64,000 nt of DNA, taken from contig JBJLJD010000008.1 of assembly GCA_045563435.1 (NCBI GenBank), forward strand, positions 46,241-110,240, in the 5' to 3' direction. Below are positions 55,207-62,852 of the stretch, in pieces. Position numbers and translations under genes: made by a program. Each line of letters starts with the position of its first letter. Within the stretch, counting starts at the first letter, position 1. The DNA comes from Gammaproteobacteria bacterium (GTDB lineage: Bacteria > Pseudomonadota > Gammaproteobacteria > Magnimaribacterales > TMED112). The notes below the pieces were generated by a model, which did not search any database, was not told the DNA's origin, and saw only the letters and a program-made list of their open reading frames with translations.

Positions 55207-55986
55207 TTAAAAATAAATCTCGCCTTGTAAATAAAGTTTTGCCTTACCAGTTATTTCTACATGATTTTTTAAAACTTCGCAGATTAACTCGCCTCCCCTT
55301 TTAGATGCTTGTCTCGCTTTCATTTTTTTTAAATTAAGAATATCGCCCCAATAAGTTGCTAGTAAAGAGTGTGCAGATCCAGTCACTGGGTCTTCATCAA
55401 CCCCTACATTTGGACCAAATACTCTTGAGGTAAAATCAGTAGCTTTACCTTTAGCAGAGACGATCAAACCTCTCGAATCTAATTCCGCAATTTTTTCTAT
55501 ATTCGGATTTATTGCTTCAACAATATTTTCATCTTTCACAATCGCAAGAAAATCATCAATCCCCCTAAAAACTTCAATAACCTCGCAATTTAGTGCATCA
55601 GAAATTCTCTCCACATCATCAACTTTTTTTGGATGATCTTTAGGAAGTGACATTGCTAATGAATCCTCTTTTTTGATTACCTTTAGTTCGCCTCTATTAG
55701 ATTTAAAAATAGTGTCTGTTGCATTTTTGTCTATAAAATTGAAGAAAATAAATGCTGAAGCCAATGTTGCATGTCCACATAAATCGACTTCTATTGTCGG
55801 ACTATAAAATTTAATTTCATTTTCTTTGGCAGTATTTATAAATGCTGTTTCGGAAAGATTATTTTCAAATGCTATATTTTGCATTGTGTTTCCATCTATT
55901 TCACCTTGATGAAAAACAACACCAGCGGCATTCCCTGAAAAAGTTTTTTCAGTAAATGTATCCACAAAATATATTTTTTGATTCAT
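55207..55986 (-). CDS. PhzF-family isomerase/epimerase-like protein
   Basis: 259 aa from the ATG at 55986. 'FVDTFTEKTFSGNAAGVV', 'SETAF', 'CGHATLA', 'EDPVTGSAH'. The upstream 31 codons of the track ORF are the tRNA-Ala gene read as protein. Confidence 0.85.
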   Translation of the reverse strand: MNQKIYFVDTFTEKTFSGNAAGVVFHQGEIDGNTMQNIAFENNLSETAFINTAKENEIKFYSPTIEVDLCGHATLASAFIFFNFIDKNATDTIFKSNRGELKVIKKEDSLAMSLPKDHPKKVDDVERISDALNCEVIEVFRGIDDFLAIVKDENIVEAINPNIEKIAELDSRGLIVSAKGKATDFTSRVFGPNVGVDEDPVTGSAHSLLATYWGDILNLKKMKARQASKRGGELICEVLKNHVEITGKAKLYLQGEIYF

Positions 55987-55993
55987 TTTAAAA

Positions 55994-56069
55994 TGGTGGA
56001 GCTGAGGAGAATCGAACTCCTGACCCCCTGCGTGCAAAGCAGGTGCTCTCCCAGCTGAGCTACAGCCCC
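55994..56069 (-). tRNA. tRNA-Ala (anticodon UGC), CCA encoded
   Basis: 76 nt: GGGGCTG-TA-GCTC-AGCTGGGA-GAGC-A-CCTGC-TTTGCAC-GCAGG-GGGTC-AGGAG-TTCGATT-CTCCT-CAGCTCC-ACCA. It folds as a cloverleaf by hand, has the G3:U70 Ala identity pair, and is close to E. coli tRNA-Ala(UGC). Confidence 0.97.
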
Positions 56070-56139
56070 ACAAGAACACAAATGATATATAGCATTCTTG
56101 TTAATTACAACATCCTAGAGTTAAAATGCTTTATCTGTT

Positions 56140-57723
56140 ATGTCTAAATTACTTGAAATAAAAAACTTATCTGTAGATTTTAAGCTAAGGGAAAATATTT
56201 TTAGAGCAGTAGATAATATTTCGTTTGAGATTGATAAGAATCAAACTTTGGCGTTAGTTGGTGAATCAGGTTCTGGAAAATCTGTAACCGCAATGTCAAT
56301 TCTAAAACTTCTTCCTTATCCAAAGGCAATGCATCCAAAGAATTCAAAAATAATATTTGAGGGAAAAAATATTTTAGAATTCGATAACAAAAGCTTGAGG
56401 CAAGTAAGGGGAAATATTATATCAATGATTTTTCAAGAGCCTATGACATCACTGAATCCATTTCATCGAGTTGGTGATCAAATTATTGAAGCTATTATTA
56501 CTCATAGTAAAACCTCTAAAAAAGAAGCAAAGAATAAAGCATTTGAATTATTAGATCTTGTTGAAATACCTGATCTCTCAAGAAGATTTAAATCTTTTCC
56601 TCATGAACTTTCAGGAGGTCAAAGACAAAGAGTTATGATTGCTATGGCTTTAGTAAATAATCCAAAACTACTTATTGCAGATGAGCCTACAACTGCTTTA
56701 GATGTAACAATTCAAGCACAAATACTAGATTTAATGTCTAAACTTCAAAAAGAACTTGGTATGTCTATTCTTTTCATTACTCATGACCTAGGTCTTGTTG
56801 ATAAATTTTCTGACAAAGTAGCAGTAATGAAAGAGGGAAAGATTGTTGAAATAGGTGAAACAAAAAAAGTCTTTACTAATCCTAAAGAGGAATACACTAA
56901 ACTTCTACTTGCATCAATTCCAAAAGAAAAAACTACAATTAAATCAGAGCCCAAACCGTTAGTTGAAATAAGCGATCTTGATGTTTTTTACAGAATCGAG
57001 TCTCAAAATATTTTTAAAGAAAATTATTTTCATGCAGTGAAAAATGTAAATCTAAAAATAAATAAAAAAACTACTATTGGTCTTGTTGGGGAATCAGGTT
57101 CGGGTAAATCTACACTTGGAAGAGCTGTTGCAAATTTACTTCCTTATAAAGGTTCAGTTATTTTTGATGGAAAGGAAATTTCATCTATTAAAGATCGAAG
57201 CGTCAGGAAAGATATCCAAATTATTTTTCAAGACCCTTATGGGTCACTTTCCCCAAGACTTACTGTAGGAGATATTATTGGAGAAGGTTTAGATATTCAT
57301 ATGAATCTGAGTAAAAAAGAAAGAAATGATTTGATAGAACAAACTATGCGAGAGGTTGAGCTTGATCCAAAGTATAGATTTAAATATCCACATGAGTTTT
57401 CAGGAGGCCAGAGACAAAGGATAGCTATAGCAAGATCAATAATACTTAAACCTAAATTTATTATTTTAGATGAACCAACTTCTGCTCTGGATAGGTCTAT
57501 TCAGATTCAAATTATTGATTTACTAAAATCACTTCAAGAGAAATATAGTTTGACTTATTTATTTATAAGTCATGATTTAAAAGTAATTAGAGCAATGTCT
57601 GACAGGATTCTTGTAATGCAAAATGGCAAAATGGTTGAAACAGGTAATGCCAAATCAATTTTTGAAAAACCCAAAGAAGAATATACAAGAGAGCTTTTAT
57701 CTGCAGCAATCAAATATTCTTAG
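56140..57723 (+). CDS. ABC transporter ATP-binding protein, duplicated ATPase (peptide/opine/nickel family, YejF-like)
   Basis: 527 aa with two Walker A motifs ('GESGSGKS' twice), two signatures ('LSGGQRQR' twice) and two Walker B motifs ('LLIADEPTTALD', 'FIILDEPTSALD'). Confidence 0.92.
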   Translation: MSKLLEIKNLSVDFKLRENIFRAVDNISFEIDKNQTLALVGESGSGKSVTAMSILKLLPYPKAMHPKNSKIIFEGKNILEFDNKSLRQVRGNIISMIFQEPMTSLNPFHRVGDQIIEAIITHSKTSKKEAKNKAFELLDLVEIPDLSRRFKSFPHELSGGQRQRVMIAMALVNNPKLLIADEPTTALDVTIQAQILDLMSKLQKELGMSILFITHDLGLVDKFSDKVAVMKEGKIVEIGETKKVFTNPKEEYTKLLLASIPKEKTTIKSEPKPLVEISDLDVFYRIESQNIFKENYFHAVKNVNLKINKKTTIGLVGESGSGKSTLGRAVANLLPYKGSVIFDGKEISSIKDRSVRKDIQIIFQDPYGSLSPRLTVGDIIGEGLDIHMNLSKKERNDLIEQTMREVELDPKYRFKYPHEFSGGQRQRIAIARSIILKPKFIILDEPTSALDRSIQIQIIDLLKSLQEKYSLTYLFISHDLKVIRAMSDRILVMQNGKMVETGNAKSIFEKPKEEYTRELLSAAIKYS

Positions 57724-57725
57724 TT

Positions 57726-58577
57726 TTAATCTGAAGAAGTTTTTGGATCTAAAGCGTCCCTAAGGCCATCACCAAAAAAGTTTAGAGAAAATAATGTGAT
57801 GGTAAAAGTAATACCAGGAAAAACTAATAACCACCAGTATTCTTCCATAGATTCAACACCATATCTTATTAACGTTCCCCAGCTACTCATTGGTGGTTGA
57901 ATCCCCAGTCCTAAGAAGCTTAAAAAAGCCTCTAGAAGCATAACTTGTGGAATAGTTAAAGTAGCATAGACTGCAATTGGTCCTAGAACATTGGGAAAAA
58001 TATGTCTTCTAAACATATAAAAATTTGATACCCCCATTGCTTTTGCTGAGAGGACATATTCTTGGTTTTTTATACTTAGCACCTGTCCCCTTATTATTCT
58101 TGCCATTGTTAACCATTCAACTGCTCCAATAGCACCAAAAAGAAGCCAGATGTTTCTACCAAATACAACCATTAATAAAATGATGAAAATTATGAAAGGT
58201 AAGCCATATAAAATATCAACTATTCTCATCATTACAGCATCTACTTTCCCTCCGTAGTAGCCTGAAACAATACCCCAAGTAACGCCTATAACCAAAGCTA
58301 CAGCTGTTGCGACAAAACCAACCATTAGAGATACTCTAGAACCATAAAGAAGCCTACTAAGAAGATCTCTTCCTAAAGTATCGGTGCCCAATAAATGTGC
58401 GCTTGAAGGAGCTGATGCTCCAAGTTCTAAATTTTGATAATCATATGGGTATGGAGATATAACTGGAGCTAAAATAGCTAAAATAATTAGAGATACAAGA
58501 ATTAATACCCCAAACATTGCTGCCCTGTTTTTCAAAAGCTTTCTTAGGGCATCAGACCATAAAGAAGAATTACTCAT
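57726..58577 (-). CDS. peptide ABC transporter permease (OppC/DppC type)
   Basis: 283 aa. 'LGTDTLGRDLLSRLLYG' and the EAA-loop region 'AKAMGVSNFYMFRRHIFPN'. Confidence 0.9.
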   Translation of the reverse strand: MSNSSLWSDALRKLLKNRAAMFGVLILVSLIILAILAPVISPYPYDYQNLELGASAPSSAHLLGTDTLGRDLLSRLLYGSRVSLMVGFVATAVALVIGVTWGIVSGYYGGKVDAVMMRIVDILYGLPFIIFIILLMVVFGRNIWLLFGAIGAVEWLTMARIIRGQVLSIKNQEYVLSAKAMGVSNFYMFRRHIFPNVLGPIAVYATLTIPQVMLLEAFLSFLGLGIQPPMSSWGTLIRYGVESMEEYWWLLVFPGITFTITLFSLNFFGDGLRDALDPKTSSD

Positions 58578-59494
58578 GAATCTCTAGCCCTAGGGTTCAA
58601 AATTAAAACTAATATATCTGAAACTAAATTGAAAAAAATAATCATTGCGGAAAAAAATATTGTTGTGCCAAGTATCATTGTGTAATCTCGATTGAAAGCC
58701 GCTTCTACATAAAATTTCCCTAAACCAGGAATTTGGAAAATTGTCTCTACCACAAAAGAACCAGCTAAAAGGCCTGCAATAGCTGGTCCTAAAAAAGATA
58801 CTACCGGCAGGATACCACCTTGCAAAGCATGATTAATCACAACCTGTCTCTCAGTAAGTCCTTTAGCTCTTGCTGTTCTGATGAAATCTTGACCTAATAT
58901 TTCTATCATTCCCCCTCTTCCTAGTCTGGCAATATATGCAGCGTAAGCAGCGCCTAGAGTAATAGAAGGAAGAATCTTATCACCAGGAAGTGTATCCCAA
59001 CCTGATACTGGAAGAAGCTCAAAATTAATTCCAAAAATTAGAACTAAGAAAGGTCCTAATAAGAATGTGGGCACACATATTCCAAGCATGGCAACAGCCA
59101 TCGGAAAATAATCAAGAAAGGTATTTCTTTTTAAAGCGGCAATTGTTCCTGATAAAAGACCTATAAAAAGTGCAAATAATATTGCATAAAAGGCCAACTC
59201 AAAAGTTACAGGTAGTCCTGTAGATATCATTTCAGTTACAGTTCTTCCTGGATATCTAAAAGAAGGACCAAAATCGCCAACTATTACATTTGAAAAATAA
59301 TCAAAAAATTGTTCATAAACAGGTGCATTCAGATTATAGACCTCATTAAGGTTATCAATTACTTCTTGAGGAAGTTTTTTTTCTGCATCGAATGGCCCTC
59401 CTGGAGCCAACCTCGTAAGAAAAAAAGTTATGCTCGCGACAATTATTAATACTGGAATTGCGATTAGAATTCTTCTAAGAATTATTCCAATCAT
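58574..59494 (-). CDS. peptide ABC transporter permease (OppB/DppB type)
   Basis: 306 aa. 'RLAPGGPF' and EAA loop 'FIRTARAKGLTERQVVINHALQ'. Confidence 0.9.
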   Translation of the reverse strand: MIGIILRRILIAIPVLIIVASITFFLTRLAPGGPFDAEKKLPQEVIDNLNEVYNLNAPVYEQFFDYFSNVIVGDFGPSFRYPGRTVTEMISTGLPVTFELAFYAILFALFIGLLSGTIAALKRNTFLDYFPMAVAMLGICVPTFLLGPFLVLIFGINFELLPVSGWDTLPGDKILPSITLGAAYAAYIARLGRGGMIEILGQDFIRTARAKGLTERQVVINHALQGGILPVVSFLGPAIAGLLAGSFVVETIFQIPGLGKFYVEAAFNRDYTMILGTTIFFSAMIIFFNLVSDILVLILNPRARDS

Positions 59495-59498
59495 TAAA

Positions 59499-61112
59499 CT
59501 AGTCTCTCTCTAGATAAACAAACTTTGGATGATGATGATCAAGAATATTTGCGTCCCAACCTTTCACATCAGGGTGAATTTGAAATTGCTTCACATAGGT
59601 ATAAATTGGAATAAGTGGCATCTCATCTATTAATATTCGTTCTGCCTCCATCAGCTTTTTATATCTTTCTTCCTGATTAGAAGTTTTATTAGCCTCTGCA
59701 ACTAACTTCTCATATTCATAGTTAGCCCAGCCTGTTTGATTATTGCCTCTTCCTGGTCTCATTATTTCAAGAAAAGTGTTTGGATCTTGGTAATCTCCTA
59801 TCCATCCAGCTCTTGAAATTTGATAGTCTAAATTATCCTGTCTGCTTAAATAAACTTTCCAATCAGTATTATAGATTTCAACATTTATACCCAAATTCAC
59901 TTTCCACATTTGTTGGATTACCTCAGCAATCTTTCTATGGCCCTCCTGAGTATTGAATAGAATTTCAATTGTTGGAAATCCATCTCCATCTGGATATCCT
60001 GCTTCTGTTAATAATTCTTTAGCCTTTTCTGGATTAAATTCAACTACTGTATCAGGATAATATTCAGAAGTTCCTGGAGGAGTAAATGAATAAGCAGTTT
60101 TTTGTCCACATTTAGATACTTTTTCAACAATTAATTTCCTATTAATTCCCATCGCTAATGCTTTTCTTACCCTTGAATCTGATAAATGAGGCAAAGTGGT
60201 ATTCACTCTGTAGTAATAAGTGCCCATGTAAGGATCAATTCTCAAAGATGGATTTTTATTCTCAAGGTAAACAGGACATTTTTCTTGTGGCACTACATTT
60301 GTGATATGTAGAGCGCCTGCCCTAAACATTCTATCTTCGGTAGATTCATTTTGAATTGGGTAATAATGAATTTCATTTAATTTTACTCTATCCGCATCCC
60401 AGTAAAATTCATTTTTCTCTACAACAATCTTTTTATTAAGTTCCCAACTTTTTAACTTCATTGGACCATTACAGACATGATTGCCAGGTCTTGTCCATTT
60501 CATACTTCTATCATCCATTTCCCCAAATTTCAAAACCGTTTCTTTATGTACAGGCCATGTCGAGTAATGAGCAAGTAGACCTACAAAAAATGGTGTTTGG
60601 TTCTCTAGTTCAACTTCAAGTTCGTAATCTGAAATTGCTTTCACACCAACTTCAGAAAAGTCATTAATTTCACCGTCATAAAACTTTTTTGCATTTTTCA
60701 CATAAAAAAGCATTTCTGAATACTGTGAGCCAAGTGTTGGGGTTAATGCTCTTTGCCAAGACCAAACAAAGTCTTCAGGTGTGACACGATCACCATTCGA
60801 CCATCTAGCATTCGGATTGAAATTGAAAACATACGTTTTTTGATCCTCCTTAAGAGTCCAGTTTTCTGCGACTCCAGGGAGGTTGTCTCTCCCACCTTTT
60901 GGATCAGTTATTGTAAGACCTTCACATACACCAATTAAAATATGATGTTCCGGAACACCTGTGACAATATGTGGGTCAATACCTTGTGGTTCGCTACCAT
61001 TTCCCCAGTGCAAGATTTGATTTTCAAGCCCCTCTTCAACTGGAGATTTTCCATTAGAGCAACTGACAATAATGAATATGGATAGTATAGAAATGAAATT
61101 TTTCATAAACAA
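59499..61112 (-). CDS. peptide ABC transporter substrate-binding lipoprotein (SBP family 5)
   Basis: 537 aa. Lipobox 'IIVSCSNG' and family-5 SBP core ('WSNGDRVTPEDFVWSW', 'GWIGDYQDP'). Confidence 0.88.
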   Translation of the reverse strand: MFMKNFISILSIFIIVSCSNGKSPVEEGLENQILHWGNGSEPQGIDPHIVTGVPEHHILIGVCEGLTITDPKGGRDNLPGVAENWTLKEDQKTYVFNFNPNARWSNGDRVTPEDFVWSWQRALTPTLGSQYSEMLFYVKNAKKFYDGEINDFSEVGVKAISDYELEVELENQTPFFVGLLAHYSTWPVHKETVLKFGEMDDRSMKWTRPGNHVCNGPMKLKSWELNKKIVVEKNEFYWDADRVKLNEIHYYPIQNESTEDRMFRAGALHITNVVPQEKCPVYLENKNPSLRIDPYMGTYYYRVNTTLPHLSDSRVRKALAMGINRKLIVEKVSKCGQKTAYSFTPPGTSEYYPDTVVEFNPEKAKELLTEAGYPDGDGFPTIEILFNTQEGHRKIAEVIQQMWKVNLGINVEIYNTDWKVYLSRQDNLDYQISRAGWIGDYQDPNTFLEIMRPGRGNNQTGWANYEYEKLVAEANKTSNQEERYKKLMEAERILIDEMPLIPIYTYVKQFQIHPDVKGWDANILDHHHPKFVYLERD

Positions 61113-61137
61113 AGGTTAAACCCTTATTATATAAGTA

Positions 61138-61542
61138 TCAATCTGCGAAATGCTTTTCTTTTTCTTCGTTTATTGATTTTACTTCTGCACAAAATTCTGC
61201 AGTTGGCCTAGAAATAAGCCTCTCTAAACCAATAGGTTCACCAGTTTCTAAACAATAGCCATAATCACCAGCTTTTATTCTTAACAGAGCCTTATCAATT
61301 TTAGGCAGAAGTTTAGATTCACGCTCGACTATTCTAAGAAAAAGCATAGAATCTATCTCATGTTGAGCACGGTCTACTTCATCACTACAAGCAGGTGGAT
61401 TGCTTAGTCTGTCTTTAGCATCTTTTATGTGCATCAAAGTCTCTTTCTTTAATTCGTTAAGCTGAGTTTTGAAAAAGGACAGTTGATCTTTGTCCATATA
61501 ATTTTTCTTAGGTGCTCTTAAAATTTTTTCTTTAGTAAGCAT
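61138..61542 (-). CDS. dksA: RNA polymerase-binding transcription factor DksA (two-Cys, apparently non-C4 zinc finger)
   Basis: 134 aa. Coiled-coil tip 'DEVDRAQ' (DxxDxA). C-terminal 'YGYCLETGEPIGLERLISRPTAEFCAEV' aligns with E. coli '[28 protein letters not shown]' but has T and V in place of two Cys. Confidence 0.88.
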   Translation of the reverse strand: MLTKEKILRAPKKNYMDKDQLSFFKTQLNELKKETLMHIKDAKDRLSNPPACSDEVDRAQHEIDSMLFLRIVERESKLLPKIDKALLRIKAGDYGYCLETGEPIGLERLISRPTAEFCAEVKSINEEKEKHFAD

Positions 61543-61600
61543 AATTGAAGTGGTTATTTTATGTTTGAATTTGAAAAATTCAACTAATTCTTTAGATTAA

Positions 61601-62842
61601 TTACTTAGATTTCACAACACTGACACTTTTAGAAATGCCGAGACCCAGGTACATTAGATAAATTGTAAGAGGGATAATTGCAAGTGGAGTTACATAGGCA
61701 ACCAAGCCTAAAGAAAATAACATGTTAAAAAGCAGACCTCCTGAGGCATCACCAAATCTATTAGTGAATGTATCAATAAAAACTGTAGATTTATATTTTT
61801 CTTTTGAATTAAGTATGGTGTAAACAGCTTCACGAGCTGGTTTATTTAACCCATACTCAAATGGTCGCATCACTCCTTGTAAGATTAGAAAAATAAGTAC
61901 TGCCGAAGATGCCAATAAGTAATCAGAGAAATATCCTGAAACTGCTAGGAAGGCCAAAGAGAATATCAAACCATAGACTGTAAGGACAAACTTTATCCCA
62001 AGAAGTTTGGATCTTAGAATCGAAGCAGTAAGAAATATTTGAACTAATAAAGTGATTAAAGGAACAATTGAGTCTGCTCTTCCAAATATCCTAGTCTTTT
62101 CAGCTGAATCGCTTGTGAAGTTGTTAATAATTTCAAGCTGAAAGAACCAAAGTGCTGTTGAGAGACATGTCCAAACGAATGCATAAAGAACGAATTGTCT
62201 AATCAAAGGATTTTTTCTTATTTGTGAAAACTGCTCAAGAGTGCTCGATAGTGTGTTATCTCTTGATGTGTTAAGAACAATCTCTTCTCTTTGAACGCGA
62301 GATGAAAAGAAAATTGCTAGTAATAAGGATGATACTGCTATGAGAAGAGAAAGATTCTCTTTGTCATAAAGAAATCCATCAACTAAAGCACCTCCGCATG
62401 AAGCGCCTAAAGATCCAAATCCACTAATAATTCCAAAGAATTTTTTTCCATCTTCAATATCAAAAGAGTTAACAGTCATTGCCCAAAAAATAGCTACTAC
62501 AAAAAAATTAAATATGTTGTACCAAACATAAAAGAATGTTTTAACAGCAAGAATTTCTGGAAAATAGTTATAAGTTAAGTAGAAACCACACAAACATATA
62601 ATAAAAAAACCATAAATATATGGCACAAGTTTTGAAAGACGAACTTTAGAAACTATCAATGAATAGATTGGATTTACTAGCAACATAACAATAACAATCA
62701 TGAGTAAATAAAAAGGCAGATCACTAGTTCCAATATTAGCTGCTATTGTGTTTCTAAATGGCCTTAACACGAACAATGAAAAAAGAACGAAAAAGAAAAA
62801 TAAGCCTGAAAAAATAGTGTTCTTAGAAAAATATGAAGTCAT
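61601..62842 (-). CDS. MFS-type transporter, possibly ATP:ADP-antiporter (AAA/TLC, Npt-like) family
   Basis: 413 aa, about 11-12 hydrophobic helices by eye. The N-terminal 'FFFVLFSLFVLRPFRNTIAANIG' resembles the 'yyiLRPvRDalg' motif of free-living TLC-like carriers (recalled from memory). Subfamily is unverified. Confidence 0.45.
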   Translation of the reverse strand: MTSYFSKNTIFSGLFFFFVLFSLFVLRPFRNTIAANIGTSDLPFYLLMIVIVMLLVNPIYSLIVSKVRLSKLVPYIYGFFIICLCGFYLTYNYFPEILAVKTFFYVWYNIFNFFVVAIFWAMTVNSFDIEDGKKFFGIISGFGSLGASCGGALVDGFLYDKENLSLLIAVSSLLLAIFFSSRVQREEIVLNTSRDNTLSSTLEQFSQIRKNPLIRQFVLYAFVWTCLSTALWFFQLEIINNFTSDSAEKTRIFGRADSIVPLITLLVQIFLTASILRSKLLGIKFVLTVYGLIFSLAFLAVSGYFSDYLLASSAVLIFLILQGVMRPFEYGLNKPAREAVYTILNSKEKYKSTVFIDTFTNRFGDASGGLLFNMLFSLGLVAYVTPLAIIPLTIYLMYLGLGISKSVSVVKSK

Positions 62843-62852
62843 TATGAAATGC

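Noticed and set aside
55987-56079. N-terminal 31 codons of the track ORF 55207..56079
   Set aside because: This stretch is the tRNA-Ala gene translated as 'FLWGCSSAGRAPALHAGGQEFDSPQL'. The real CDS starts at the ATG at 55986.
56070-56101. 7-bp inverted repeat ACAAGAA...TTCTTGT (18-nt loop) in the spacer between tRNA-Ala and the ABC ATPase gene
   Set aside because: The stem is short and the loop large. It lies upstream of both divergent genes, where a terminator makes no sense. There is no second copy elsewhere in the window to suggest a repeat family.
61565-61583. 8-bp inverted repeat TTGAATTT-GAA-AAATTCAA between the MFS transporter stop and the dksA start
   Set aside because: The stem is almost all A:T, has a 3-nt loop and is not followed by a U-tract on the transcribed (minus) strand. 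It would be weak as a terminator and could arise by chance. It may be an operator, but nothing supports that.
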